Positions 9,506 through 20,110 of a DNA stretch of 48,511 bases are shown one piece after another; position 1 is the first letter of the stretch, and every line of letters starts with the position of its first letter. A program made the position numbers and the translations under genes. Source of the DNA: a virus (taxonomy: Duplodnaviria; Caudoviricetes); IMG/VR virus record IMGVR_UViG_3300020045_002845, positions 1 through 48,511 of that record, one strand, 5' to 3'. The notes under the pieces were generated by a model. That model had not been told where the DNA came from, ran no database searches, and saw only the letters and a program-made list of their open reading frames with translations.

Positions 9506-10129
9506 TCATAAAATTACGTATTTTGCACCATCAGGCACGGTTACAGTGATTCCATCAGCAATTGATGGACTAATACTAAGTGCATTCATTCCAGATGGAA
9601 TTGTTTGATTTGTATCTATTACTTGACCAAATAATGCAATAGACCCAGCATGTTGTAGCGGACCATTGCCAGCAATCAACCAGCCGCTTTCTCCAATTGG
9701 TGTGCTAGATGGCGCTACTGTTTTAGGGAACGTACCATTCCATGAGTAATAAGTATTGGTTGCAGCATGGTAAAGAGCTTGAGAGATGGTTGTTAATGTT
9801 GCACCAGCAGAAAAAGTACCGAAAGGAATAAAACCAACAGCTAATAACGCTGATTGTGCATTTTCATCAAAATCTGATAAATGCTCATTGAATACATTTT
9901 GTTGGTTTAACTGGGCTGCTTCAAAATCATCACGCTGAGTAACAAGCGAAGCGTCGAATTCAGCTTGATTGCTTACTGATTGCCCGCTGATTGTCCATCG
10001 CTCAACACCAAATCTATCTGTATATGTTGGATTTGCTGAGTTTACATATTCATCGAACTTACCAGCGTTAAATGCTAGGTCTCTAGGTTCCTCGCTAGGT
10101 ATTGGATTGCTTGTTGGTGTAGTTGCCAT
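9506..10129 (-). CDS. Tail fibre anchor/adaptor (tailspike N-terminus without a receptor-binding domain)
   Basis: MATTPTSNPIPSEEPRDLAFNAGKFDE...TDRFG; YYSWNGTFPKTV; only 207 aa. Confidence 0.75.
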   Translation of the reverse strand: MATTPTSNPIPSEEPRDLAFNAGKFDEYVNSANPTYTDRFGVERWTISGQSVSNQAEFDASLVTQRDDFEAAQLNQQNVFNEHLSDFDENAQSALLAVGFIPFGTFSAGATLTTISQALYHAATNTYYSWNGTFPKTVAPSSTPIGESGWLIAGNGPLQHAGSIALFGQVIDTNQTIPSGMNALSISPSIADGITVTVPDGAKYVIL

Positions 10130-12636
10130 TATTCTGGAACCTCATAATTGTACATTTCAGCATTATACTCGGAAAGTGCGAGCGCCGTCTTACCATCAGT
10201 TCCAATCTTCTTGCTAGTGATGATCCACTGAGTTGAATCAAGCTCTGCTTCTGTCGCAATAATATATCTTGATGGTTGCTGAACTGCTTCACCATCGAAA
10301 ATATTCAATGAGATAGCAGGTATTGTGGCTATAAATCCATCAATACCATCAGTTCTAGGCGCTGCTAAGTAACGTGTCGTCGGGTTACCATCAGAATCTG
10401 TAATCACAACATACATTGTTCCAATAAACCTGATTGGTTCTGACGTTTCAAATGAATTATCTACCCGTGATTTCAAGTATCCTGACTGTTGGTTGGTATC
10501 ATACATATCTACAACCTGAATCATCTGCCCAACGTTAATCCATTCACCATCAGAGAGGGCTGTTACTGTCATGCTAGCGCGTGAATATAGTAGCCGCATA
10601 ACCTCCTTCAGAGCCCTGTCATATGCTTGATATGCGTTTCTAACGTAAAGCATATCAAACTTTTTAGGTTTTGATGCCACACCAGGGGATATGGTATCTC
10701 CACTTATCACATATTTTATTGATGCCTGCTTGTTAGTTGATGGGTCTTTATATTGCAATTCAACGCCATCATAACCACCCGGTAGCGTCATATCATAACT
10801 AAGCTTATAGTTATCGGTTGCAAGGCTGCGCGTTGACAGGACGCTTGCTGGAGATGATTTTTCATCGTCACGAACAAAGGATAAAACGCTATCATCCCAA
10901 AAGCATGTTACGGTAGCTGCATCGCATATGGTCTGAATGCGCTCACCAAGTGATGTATCAGTATCATCAAAGGTATAATCAAAATACCCTAGCCGCGCAT
11001 CTGGAAGTGTATTTGATATCGTATAAAGCTCATGCATATCAATGGTGGATGCTGGCTGACCTCCAATCATGATCCAGTTATGGATAACTGCATCAGCAAA
11101 ACTTCTTGATGCTCGCAATGTATAATCGATAACTTCATTATCATAATCATAACTAATAACCTTCCTTGTTATCAATGCATTATATTTACGCTCCCGGCTT
11201 CCAGTGGCATTCTCCGTAGCTCTAACTCTAACAATAACCATTGTTTTATCTGAGTAAATCAATCCAGAACGAATGTTTATTGCTTGTATAGACTCTACTT
11301 TTAGAACACTGGAGTCAGAACTATTATCAGTTCTTTCAAACTGCATGGCATATCGGCCATATCCACTAAGTGGAACGATTTTATCTGTTCTATAAAATGT
11401 GTCGCTTGAATCGCTCCAGTTATGCTGAGTATATGTAAATTCTTCAGTTGTTCCAGGTATGATTACGTTATCGCTATCAACCTTCCACATCTTCATCATC
11501 CAGTTGGTATCAGACCCACCACCAAGAGCAGATTGTGTGTTTATCCATAACTGACTTGAATCAACTGGCGCGTAAAATGGACCAACAACTAATGGCTGAT
11601 TATCGCTTATGGTAAATATTGTATTATTTATTGTTGCAGTTGTTACAAAACTTGCTTTTATGCCATTTATAGTGTCAAAAGTAAATGTGTAGTAATAATT
11701 AACTGGAACTGGTAGTCCATCATTAGTTTCTACTGCTCCAATTAAATTACCAAACAAAGTAACATCTTCTGTTACATCTCCAGCAGTTGTTGGATATGTA
11801 ATATTTATTACAAAACTAACCGCGTGTGGTGATACTAAGTCAAAAAAGTAATCAAAATCACTATTTTTAGCTATCTTCATTGCTATCTGACCACCAGCAT
11901 AAGTACCGCTAATCACAGCGGTTGTAGTGGCAGTATTTATAACGATAGTGTCTTCATCTATTTCATTTTTACCAGGCACCTCTTGGCCGTCAACATCATC
12001 AAAAACATATGGCTCATAAATAGTTGGCAATGCCGTATTTGGCGGATAAATGTTGTATGATGCACCAGCCATGGAACCAAGGTTTGATTCAGAGTAACGA
12101 ACAGATGAAATCACATACTCACCAAGGCCAAAGCACATAACCTCAGTGACATATTTTAAGTTGCTGATATATTCGATTAGAGATTGCTGCACCAAGTCTG
12201 GAAAAGCTCTAATTTGTCCGTAGTTATCAGGGATCGCCTCGCCATTACGTGCGGTATTCGTCTGCGATTTTAAATTATTGTTTGGTGATGTTTTTGTTGA
12301 ACTAAGATTTGTTGATGCAGTCTCAGTTCCAAGTAGCTTGGAAAAAACTTTAGAGATAAACTTTAGATCACTTTTATAGGTGAAGGCACCAAGAATCATG
12401 GCACTTGTTTTTAGAAACCCGCCACCCTTTGGCCTATCAATCACCGTCACAAAATCTGAGTCAGCAAGGCTAAATGATAGCTCATCATCTGGAGATAGCT
12501 GTTTGTCATTTAGATAGATATCAATATCAGAACTGAAGTATTGAGAGCATAGCCATTCAAAAAGATTAGTGCCTCTCTTCACTTCAGTGATGAATGATTT
12601 GCAACCCTCAACCCGTGATACCTCGATGATCGGCAT
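10129..12636 (-). CDS. Tail tip / host specificity protein (J-like)
   Basis: About 835 aa, NTARNGEAIPDNYGQIRAFPDL; tail-tip position. Confidence 0.85.
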   Translation of the reverse strand: MPIIEVSRVEGCKSFITEVKRGTNLFEWLCSQYFSSDIDIYLNDKQLSPDDELSFSLADSDFVTVIDRPKGGGFLKTSAMILGAFTYKSDLKFISKVFSKLLGTETASTNLSSTKTSPNNNLKSQTNTARNGEAIPDNYGQIRAFPDLVQQSLIEYISNLKYVTEVMCFGLGEYVISSVRYSESNLGSMAGASYNIYPPNTALPTIYEPYVFDDVDGQEVPGKNEIDEDTIVINTATTTAVISGTYAGGQIAMKIAKNSDFDYFFDLVSPHAVSFVINITYPTTAGDVTEDVTLFGNLIGAVETNDGLPVPVNYYYTFTFDTINGIKASFVTTATINNTIFTISDNQPLVVGPFYAPVDSSQLWINTQSALGGGSDTNWMMKMWKVDSDNVIIPGTTEEFTYTQHNWSDSSDTFYRTDKIVPLSGYGRYAMQFERTDNSSDSSVLKVESIQAINIRSGLIYSDKTMVIVRVRATENATGSRERKYNALITRKVISYDYDNEVIDYTLRASRSFADAVIHNWIMIGGQPASTIDMHELYTISNTLPDARLGYFDYTFDDTDTSLGERIQTICDAATVTCFWDDSVLSFVRDDEKSSPASVLSTRSLATDNYKLSYDMTLPGGYDGVELQYKDPSTNKQASIKYVISGDTISPGVASKPKKFDMLYVRNAYQAYDRALKEVMRLLYSRASMTVTALSDGEWINVGQMIQVVDMYDTNQQSGYLKSRVDNSFETSEPIRFIGTMYVVITDSDGNPTTRYLAAPRTDGIDGFIATIPAISLNIFDGEAVQQPSRYIIATEAELDSTQWIITSKKIGTDGKTALALSEYNAEMYNYEVPE

Positions 12637-13012
12637 ACTTGTAATACTCCAGTTTTGAAAACACACGCTCAAGCGTTCTTATTCTGTCCATTCTAACATG
12701 ACTACCATCCTCTCTGGCATGCAGGCATTGACCATCGACAATCAAACCAACGTGAACGGGAGTCTTGCCGTTATAGGCAACAAACATACAATCGTTAAAT
12801 CTTTCCGACTGTTCCCAAAATCGTATACCAAACTGGTATGATGAAGAAAATTCCATGCCTGATGAATAATTATTGTTTGGTGGGAACTCTAACCCCAAAA
12901 CATGCCGGTAGTACATTACCACTAATCCCCAGCAATCAACCGACTCCCAGCTTATAGCTCGCTGACCCCATGGCTTGCCAATCATTTTTTTCAGGAATTC
13001 ATCTTTAGACAT
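12608..13012 (-). CDS. NlpC/P60 tail-tip protein
   Basis: DCWGLV...HVG...LHA. Confidence 0.85.
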   Translation of the reverse strand: MSKDEFLKKMIGKPWGQRAISWESVDCWGLVVMYYRHVLGLEFPPNNNYSSGMEFSSSYQFGIRFWEQSERFNDCMFVAYNGKTPVHVGLIVDGQCLHAREDGSHVRMDRIRTLERVFSKLEYYKYADHRGITG

Positions 13013-13475
13013 CTTGTAACCCTGGAAACATTTCAGTGTTGTATAAAGTGGCAATATTGTTTGTTAATGGATTTTTTAACGATAGAACTATTGTCACATC
13101 GTCTGCATCCATTGATACGCTTTTTATATAAAGAGTCCATGGTTTTAACGGAGTATTCTTATCAATGGAGTCATACCGCTTGAATGTTGCTGATATCGGG
13201 TCTTGCCTTGAGAATGCCCGCCATTGCTTTAGTGCCTGTTTGAAATCAAATGCTAGCCTACCAAGCTTGATTGTCGCATCGATAACAGGTGTTGTACTCT
13301 GTTGGCTTTCTGATACCTCCATGCGTACCGGGTGATAGATGATACCCTCAAATGTCTGAGCAAATATCTGATTTGCAAGTAGGTATAAAGTACCGATTGT
13401 CGGATGGCTAATCGTCATTGTTTCATAAAGCACCCGATTAGGGCGCTTCACTTTAAAATCTCGTAATGTTGGCAT
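13005..13475 (-). CDS. Minor tail protein (DUF1833-like)
   Basis: Synteny; YETMTISHP; YNTEMFPGL end. Confidence 0.75.
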   Translation of the reverse strand: MPTLRDFKVKRPNRVLYETMTISHPTIGTLYLLANQIFAQTFEGIIYHPVRMEVSESQQSTTPVIDATIKLGRLAFDFKQALKQWRAFSRQDPISATFKRYDSIDKNTPLKPWTLYIKSVSMDADDVTIVLSLKNPLTNNIATLYNTEMFPGLQDV

Positions 13476-13987
13476 TATGACCCCGTAATTGTCAGGTCAA
13501 GAGGAATTGAGTATGGATATTTTGGCAAGGTTCTGTTTACTGCAATATCCAAAATACTATACCAATCTGGTGATAGATTTATGATTAAGTCAGCAAAATC
13601 ATCATCGTCATTATTTAGGTTATTAGCGATAACTGTCCCTGTCCATGTCGCTGTACCATTGGTTATTGACGCTTGTACTGGGAACTTGGTAAATGCTAAC
13701 TCCTGCATCATTAGGCCGCTGCCACCAAGATTAACCATCATGTTAAACCACTTGCTAGCCCCTGCTATCCCATAGTTAGCATTACGCAGCCACATTTGAA
13801 ATGCTCGCTCCTCTTGAATAGTCATAATCCAAGTTAGCGACCATTGCACCTTTAGGTCATAAGTAAGCGGCTGGATAATCATAGGGCCAACAGACGGCTG
13901 GTCTACGCGATAACCAGTATCTATTGTCATACTTTTGCTGGCGCGCTGTGGTAGTGGCAACCAGCTCGGATAATCAATATCTGCCAT
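13475..13987 (-). CDS. Distal tail protein
   Basis: Follows tape measure; IDYPSWLPLPQR. Confidence 0.7.
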   Translation of the reverse strand: MADIDYPSWLPLPQRASKSMTIDTGYRVDQPSVGPMIIQPLTYDLKVQWSLTWIMTIQEERAFQMWLRNANYGIAGASKWFNMMVNLGGSGLMMQELAFTKFPVQASITNGTATWTGTVIANNLNNDDDDFADLIINLSPDWYSILDIAVNRTLPKYPYSIPLDLTITGS

Positions 13988-16900
13988 TATTCTGTTGCCC
14001 TACGTTTTGTGTTGAAATTACTGGCGATGGATTGGCTAAATGGGCCACCTTCATTGATATCTGATATTAACACATCAAGCGTTAAGCTGCCGTCTGAGTT
14101 ACTAGACTGGTTAGTCTGAACTTGAGACGAGCCATAGTTATGTACATTCACTGAAACATTATTTCCAGTTGATGCTGTTCCGCCAGTGGCTAAATCTTTA
14201 TTGCTAATCACGCTGCCATTATCGCCAGGTATCATGTATTGCCGACCATTTGAACCCTGATAAATCTCAGGCATACCACCTTCGCCAACCTGGTACATCC
14301 CACCAGCAGTTACCGAGCCACCATTCTTGCGCGCGCCAAGTGTCTTGCTTAATGCGAATGCCCCTACCAATGCAGCACCACCTATAATTGCCGCGGCGCC
14401 AAACGAACCTACAGATGCTACTAAAGCAGCAGGGAGCCATGCTGCAAGCGTTGTGCCTGCGGCTGCTGTACTTGCTGCGGTTGTTGTTGCAATGCCAGTA
14501 ACTGCTGTTGCTGTAGTCGCCACTGTTGCTGTCTGCTGGGCTGCTGCGCCTGTTATGGCTGCTTTAACCTGTGCCAAGCCCATTTCTACAAAGCCTTGAA
14601 CTACTGAATTCAAGATGGTATTTGCGATGTTAGCCAGCGCCTGGTTCGCACTTTCAGTGCCAGTTAAAAGGCCAGTGATTGCTGATGATGATGCCGAGCC
14701 AAGGGAGTCAATAGCCCCAGCCATTAAAGTATTAACCGTAGATTGGTCAGCCCATTGCTTCCATAGTGCTGCATTGCGTGCAGCTTCGTACTCAGTATTG
14801 GCGGCATTCATTAAGGCTATGCCGTTGGCAGTAATAACACCCTTTTCTGTTTCGAATGCTTGAATAAGGGCAAGTTTCTGAGCATTCTCATTAGCAAGCT
14901 GCTGAACAGGGTCTACTGAACCTTGAGCCTGCTGCTTTGGAGTTACTGTTTCATTTGCCCTTATTCTGGCAAGATTAATCTCATGCTCTTGAGCCATCTT
15001 TTCAGATTGGTCATTAAATTGCTTGATGTTAATGATGTTGCCGTCAAGCTGCCTCTTTAGCTGTTTGGTGGATTCTTCATAATACTTATTTTCTTTACCT
15101 TTCGGGTCATCAGCAATAGCAGCATTAAGGTCTGATTGCTTCTGCTTGGCATCAAAAAGAGCGCCAGCTAGTTCTCCAATTTTTATTTTTTGTGCATCAG
15201 TCGCCTTATTTCCAGCAGATTGTACGGCATTATAGACCGCTGCTTCTCTGCTGTTTTCATCATACTTTAATGCAAGGTAGCCAATATCTTTGGTGAGGTT
15301 AGCAATCTTTTGTGCGCCCTCGTCTGTGGTTTTTTGACCTTTTTTTGCCGCCGCATCCCTTGCTTGTTCTGCCTGTTGTAGGTCGTAATTTTTACCAGCC
15401 AGTTCACCAACTTGGTTTATTACGTTTTGATTTTTTTCACCAGCATTAATAGCATCAAGACGTGCAGCCTTAACGGCGCGCTGACGTTTATCAACAATGC
15501 TAAGAAGCTCTCCCTCCTGCTGAAGCTGAGTAAGCTGTTTTTGACCCGCTGCGGATACCGATACGGTAAGTGAAGATGAGTTAAATTTGTCTTTTGCTTT
15601 ACTGGCGATATCAATTGCGCCGCCCAGTTGATTCATGATGCCAGTTACAATATTTGCTTGCTCACCATCACGCTTAAGCAAGTCGATACCTTGTACAAAA
15701 GTACCATTCATTTGCGCACTAAGTATGCCAGTTTTACTAATTGTCTGACTTAGCTTGTTTCTTTCCGCCTCGACTTTAGCTGTAAGTTGTATTGACTCAC
15801 TTTCTAAGGCATTAACATTGCCAACGGCATTTGAGTAGAGCCAGTTTTGAGAGCCTAAATCTGATACTGATTTCTTTGCCAAGGCTAATTTATTATTAAC
15901 GTTAGCGAGATTTTGCTCATTCTCTGTTAGCTGGCTATTCTGTGCTGTTATAGATTTATTAGCCTTGTCAATCTCTGCGGCAATCTGTATCTGGCTCATC
16001 TCTTTCATTTTAGAGATGACATTATCAAGCTTATCAGCAAAGTCTAAGCTTTCCTGTTTAGCCTGCTGCGCCTTTTGGTAGAAATAGAAGATTGCAGCAC
16101 CCGCAAGAACTGCTGCACCTGCCGGGCCGCCAATAAGTGATAGTGCGCCACGCGCAAGCCCGCCAATGGTTGTTGTTGCTGCTGCTGCCGCTGCCGATGC
16201 TGTATTCTGTGCTGCAGCTTGTGCTAATTGAGCTTCAGCATACAAAGCCGATTGTGATATTGCTGTTGATTTAATAGCTGTTAGATTCTCCAGCGCAAAA
16301 GCTTCAGCCGCCGAACCTTTAGCAACATTATATTCAGCCTGTGCAAGAGCCAGTGCACTTATTGCGGCCTCTTTATCCAGCAATGCCTTACGCGCTGTGA
16401 TAGTTGCAGCTGTGGCTGCCGCTGCTGCTGCATTAGCTGTTGACGCTGCCTGTGCGTTTGCTGCGATAGCGTCACTAATTCTTGCGGCAGTTGCCGCCGT
16501 TAGTGCGCCAACAAAGCGCCCACCCATTACTACAGCAAACACGCCGATCACACTTGCAATTGTAGATAGGTTCTCACTTAAGGTGATTACCCCAGTATTA
16601 AACACACTTAATACCGTGTTAGTAGATGAGCTTTCACCTACAAACTTGGTGATATTATTTGTTGCTACGGTAAAAGCCTGCCCCATGGTAAGCGTTGTTT
16701 TTGCAAACTCATTAGCGATTGGCACCGCTTGACTAAGCAAGCCTTTAACTACCACATCGGTTGTCAGTGCACCCTGAGCAGCCATGTTGCGTAACTGACC
16801 AACGGTAACACCAAGAGATGTAGCAAGAGCCACAGCTAGGCGGCTACCATTTTCCGAAATTGAGTTGAATTCCTCACCGCGAAGCACGCCGGAGGCAAGT

Positions 16901-17397
16901 GCCTGGGAAAGCTGAATCATTGTAGAGCTAGCTTCTTCTGCTGTTGCACCAGATACTACCAAGCCCTTGTTAATCGTCTCTGTCAGCTTTGCCAGGTCTG
17001 CTGTACTTGTCCCAGCGCTGCGTGTTGCTCGTTCAAGACGTCCATAAAGTGAAGCAGTAGCTTCTAGGCTTGCTCGTGTATCTTGAGATATCTTAAATAC
17101 TCGCTCAGTTACTGTAGCAAGTTCTTCATGGGGTCGTATAGCATTGACTAGCTTGTTGCTTACGTCAACCCATGCATTTGCGTAATCAGCAATGGCCTTG
17201 ACTGATAAGGCCGCTGTGATTGCTCCAGCCAGCTTGCTGATTGAGCTTTGGAAACCAGATGCCGAGCGTCCAGCACTGTCAAAATTACCTTCTAATCGCG
17301 AAAGCCGATCGCTTGCCGTTTGTTGAGCACGAACGAGTTGCTGCACATCCATCTCAACTTGATAGAGGATGTTACCAACCTGAGATTCACTTACCAT
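13987..17397 (-). CDS. Tail tape measure protein
   Basis: 1136 aa Ala-rich; QLSQALASGVLRGEEFNSI; GARKNGGSV...VGEGG.PE. Confidence 0.95.
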   Translation of the reverse strand: MVSESQVGNILYQVEMDVQQLVRAQQTASDRLSRLEGNFDSAGRSASGFQSSISKLAGAITAALSVKAIADYANAWVDVSNKLVNAIRPHEELATVTERVFKISQDTRASLEATASLYGRLERATRSAGTSTADLAKLTETINKGLVVSGATAEEASSTMIQLSQALASGVLRGEEFNSISENGSRLAVALATSLGVTVGQLRNMAAQGALTTDVVVKGLLSQAVPIANEFAKTTLTMGQAFTVATNNITKFVGESSSTNTVLSVFNTGVITLSENLSTIASVIGVFAVVMGGRFVGALTAATAARISDAIAANAQAASTANAAAAAATAATITARKALLDKEAAISALALAQAEYNVAKGSAAEAFALENLTAIKSTAISQSALYAEAQLAQAAAQNTASAAAAAATTTIGGLARGALSLIGGPAGAAVLAGAAIFYFYQKAQQAKQESLDFADKLDNVISKMKEMSQIQIAAEIDKANKSITAQNSQLTENEQNLANVNNKLALAKKSVSDLGSQNWLYSNAVGNVNALESESIQLTAKVEAERNKLSQTISKTGILSAQMNGTFVQGIDLLKRDGEQANIVTGIMNQLGGAIDIASKAKDKFNSSSLTVSVSAAGQKQLTQLQQEGELLSIVDKRQRAVKAARLDAINAGEKNQNVINQVGELAGKNYDLQQAEQARDAAAKKGQKTTDEGAQKIANLTKDIGYLALKYDENSREAAVYNAVQSAGNKATDAQKIKIGELAGALFDAKQKQSDLNAAIADDPKGKENKYYEESTKQLKRQLDGNIINIKQFNDQSEKMAQEHEINLARIRANETVTPKQQAQGSVDPVQQLANENAQKLALIQAFETEKGVITANGIALMNAANTEYEAARNAALWKQWADQSTVNTLMAGAIDSLGSASSSAITGLLTGTESANQALANIANTILNSVVQGFVEMGLAQVKAAITGAAAQQTATVATTATAVTGIATTTAASTAAAGTTLAAWLPAALVASVGSFGAAAIIGGAALVGAFALSKTLGARKNGGSVTAGGMYQVGEGGMPEIYQGSNGRQYMIPGDNGSVISNKDLATGGTASTGNNVSVNVHNYGSSQVQTNQSSNSDGSLTLDVLISDINEGGPFSQSIASNFNTKRRATE

Positions 17398-18076
17398 GTG
17401 CTAATGCCTCTTTTACTAATGCTTTTTCTCTGCGCTCATTTCGCGCTTTATAAATATCGTCATATTCTTCGCGGGTAAATCCTTCCTTTTGCGGGAATTT
17501 AACTTTAATCAATTCTTGTAATTCAGTCATAGTTAAGTCTTCAGCTTGCTCGCGCGACATGCCAAAGTGAGCGCGAGCCATGCTGATATATTCCATGATA
17601 TTAAATTCACGAGTGAAAGAATCGGACTTGCCTTCATCGCGCTGTAGCTTTCTAAGCTTTGCCATGCCAATAATACCATGCTCTATCAGCCTCTTACCTA
17701 TGGTGATTATATCTGACACCGGCATGCCACCACGCACATATACCATTCCTTTACCGATAGCTCTCCATGAGCCAACCAGCGCTGAGATATCATCATTACA
17801 ACATGATTGCATAATAATAATTGCGGCACTGAGGACTTCACGCCCATAGGCTGGCTTGCTGATTGCTTTCAGGACAAATGGTGTGATATACCCATAAGAG
17901 CTGAATGCTGCGGTGATTGCTTTCTGTGCTGATAGTCCGTTAATCGTGGCGTAAATCTCTACGATTTCCTGTGGCGTGCCGATATTAGCCATTGCGTTGA
18001 ATGATGGCTTGAAGAAGAAGTCTTTATCAGTAGTCGAGATGACCATCTCGCCGATTGAGGTGATTGGGTTACGCAT
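17387..18076 (-). CDS. Tail assembly chaperone (DUF6246-like)
   Basis: Position before TMP; EYISMARAHFGMSREQAEDLTMTE. Confidence 0.7.
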   Translation of the reverse strand: MRNPITSIGEMVISTTDKDFFFKPSFNAMANIGTPQEIVEIYATINGLSAQKAITAAFSSYGYITPFVLKAISKPAYGREVLSAAIIIMQSCCNDDISALVGSWRAIGKGMVYVRGGMPVSDIITIGKRLIEHGIIGMAKLRKLQRDEGKSDSFTREFNIMEYISMARAHFGMSREQAEDLTMTELQELIKVKFPQKEGFTREEYDDIYKARNERREKALVKEALAHGK

Positions 18077-18137
18077 GTCATCCCCTGCATGTTGAATGAG
18101 GCGATTATACCATAAAGGTGTTTTTGTGATTTAGTGC

Positions 18138-18166
18138 TTGACGATTGGTGACAATGGCGGTAGATT
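18138..18166 (+). promoter_or_regulatory. Early-type promoter
   Basis: TTGACG-N13-GCGG-TAGATT. Confidence 0.7.
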
Positions 18167-18203
18167 TAATTCAAGCCGGAATGTTCTGGCATTGGAGATC
18201 AAC

Positions 18204-18440
18204 ATGAAAATTATCAATAACGATTTTATAAAGAAAATTGAATATTTTGGAACTGAATTTTACGTACCAGATAATCATGGGTATGTAGCAACGGATTGTG
18301 ATGGTGCAATTTATAGTTATTATCTTCAGCCTGATTTTGATGGAACTGATTGGGTTACCGATGGTGGATATTGCAGAATTGGTACAGCGGAACTTCTAAC
18401 AGAGGAAGCTGAAAACTCACTTCGTGGATACAAAAAATAA
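18204..18440 (+). CDS. Moron-like hypothetical protein opposite the tail genes
   Basis: GGAG RBS, own promoter and terminator; YVATDCDGAIY. Confidence 0.7.
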   Translation: MKIINNDFIKKIEYFGTEFYVPDNHGYVATDCDGAIYSYYLQPDFDGTDWVTDGGYCRIGTAELLTEEAENSLRGYKK

Positions 18441-18459
18441 GCCCCTCTCGGGGCTTTTT
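18432..18459. terminator. Bidirectional intrinsic terminator
   Basis: AAGCCCC-TCTC-GGGGCTTTTT. Confidence 0.85.
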
Positions 18460-18482
18460 AATTTCCAACCATCCAGCTAAAA

Positions 18483-18830
18483 TCAGCCTTCAAAAAGCAT
18501 AGCAGTAACGCCCACGCCGCCAGTAACCGCAACAACACCTTGCAGGAATGCAGAGATATCCACTAATTTAATGGCTTGGAATCCATTAGCTGCTACAGTG
18601 ACGGCCTTGCCGGAAGCAACGCTAACTGTACCACCAAAACCAGCAGGTGCGATGGTTGTACCACCGGCGCCGTCAATTGTAACTACTACTGGCGATGCGG
18701 TTGTATTTACCAATACAAGTAGCTGCTTAGTTGATGGCTTATACGTCAGCGTATCAGATGCCGTCAGCACTGTTGATGCTGGAGTAAATGGAACGCTTTG
18801 GTTAATTGATGTTGGGGTAATAGTCGCCAT
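18483..18830 (-). CDS. Tail-associated small beta-rich virion protein
   Basis: Thr/Ala/Val-rich, 1 nt after the tail tube gene. Confidence 0.6.
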   Translation of the reverse strand: MATITPTSINQSVPFTPASTVLTASDTLTYKPSTKQLLVLVNTTASPVVVTIDGAGGTTIAPAGFGGTVSVASGKAVTVAANGFQAIKLVDISAFLQGVVAVTGGVGVTAMLFEG

Positions 18831-18831
18831 G

Positions 18832-19314
18832 TTATGCAGCCTCTACAATTGATACGCTATCGGAATCAGCCACTTTCAACTCAAGAGAGAAAGTAACAAT
18901 ATCATTTGTGCCAGCGTCACCAGATAGAGCGGTAATGGTCATATAGCCAACCATGGTCACCGGGCCAAAGCCAAGACGAACCCATAATGTTGGCTGGCGA
19001 CGCGCCTTAATTTCAGTTGGGAAATACATTACCAATTTGCCGAATCCATATTCATCTGACTTATCCGCAACACGCACTTCACCCTCGGCGGAGATTGTGA
19101 AATCAGCGTTAGTTACCAGAGATTCCTGGAAGCCGCCAGTATCATCGGCATCAGACGTCACTGTGTTTGGGCTGAAATCAAAACCCTTTGTGGTTAGTGC
19201 TCCAGCATAAAGCCATGATGCCTCAAGTGGAACAGTATCGGCGCAACCATCTGCCAACTCAAGAGTCGCATTGCGACCAATAAGCTTGGCTGTATCATTA
19301 GCACAAATAGCCAT
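18832..19314 (-). CDS. Major tail (tube) protein
   Basis: GALTTKGFDFSPNTVTSDADD; NDIVTFSLEL. Confidence 0.85.
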   Translation of the reverse strand: MAICANDTAKLIGRNATLELADGCADTVPLEASWLYAGALTTKGFDFSPNTVTSDADDTGGFQESLVTNADFTISAEGEVRVADKSDEYGFGKLVMYFPTEIKARRQPTLWVRLGFGPVTMVGYMTITALSGDAGTNDIVTFSLELKVADSDSVSIVEAA

Positions 19315-19367
19315 TATTTAAATCCTCTTACGTAAAAGTTAGGTGCTATAGCAATTTGCATTATACA

Positions 19368-19748
19368 CTAAGCGCCGAATACTATTCTAAATGATAACTG
19401 TACAGCACAACGTCCTTCTTCAGTCAGGATTGGCGTAGGCGTTGGACCAATCATTTGTATGTAGCTAAGGCAGCTGTCGATAGGATTTTGCTGAGTAAAA
19501 TCGATAATTGTTTGAGCTGATGCCATTGTTATTTTGCGATCAGACTTGGCACCAATAAGCGTTAGAAGCATGTAGAACTCATTGGATAAATCCTTACTCA
19601 TTTGCGTGCCACCATTTGGCTGAATGACAGCATAACGCTCACTGGCGATACCAGAATCATCCCAAAAGTACATTTGCATGGTCATGCCAGTGAGCAGGTT
19701 GTTATCAACAAGCCATGTCTTGAATCTCTCGTGCATTGATGTGCTCAT
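19368..19748 (-). CDS. Tail terminator protein
   Basis: Synteny; PILTEEGR motif. Confidence 0.7.
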   Translation of the reverse strand: MSTSMHERFKTWLVDNNLLTGMTMQMYFWDDSGIASERYAVIQPNGGTQMSKDLSNEFYMLLTLIGAKSDRKITMASAQTIIDFTQQNPIDSCLSYIQMIGPTPTPILTEEGRCAVQLSFRIVFGA

Positions 19749-20110
19749 AACCCCATTTCCTGCTTAACAAAATCATCAATAGCAGATCGCCTATCATCGA
19801 ACCCTGACTTCAAGAATTCTTTCTTAGCTGTCGCCCGCCTGAAAACCTGCTTAACAGTTGGATTGTTAACTGCGGCTGCATAGTTAGCGGTATACCCAAC
19901 CTCACCAATGAGTCGCTTACCGCGCACATCAATCTTTCGATATTGGCTATTTAACAGCGTGCTAGTATCGATAGGGGTATAAAGCGCCGCCTGAGTAGAG
20001 CCAATGATTAACGCGCCAGTGATAGCCCTTACAGCCTTCCTACCGGTGATATCATTAATTAATGCAGACATCTTAGCGTTAGCTTCTTTAATGCCAGTTA
20101 CCTTTGCCAT
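19745..20110 (-). CDS. Neck/tail completion protein (HK97 gp10-like)
   Basis: YTPIDTSTLLNS, VGYTANYA. Confidence 0.75.
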   Translation of the reverse strand: MAKVTGIKEANAKMSALINDITGRKAVRAITGALIIGSTQAALYTPIDTSTLLNSQYRKIDVRGKRLIGEVGYTANYAAAVNNPTVKQVFRRATAKKEFLKSGFDDRRSAIDDFVKQEMGL

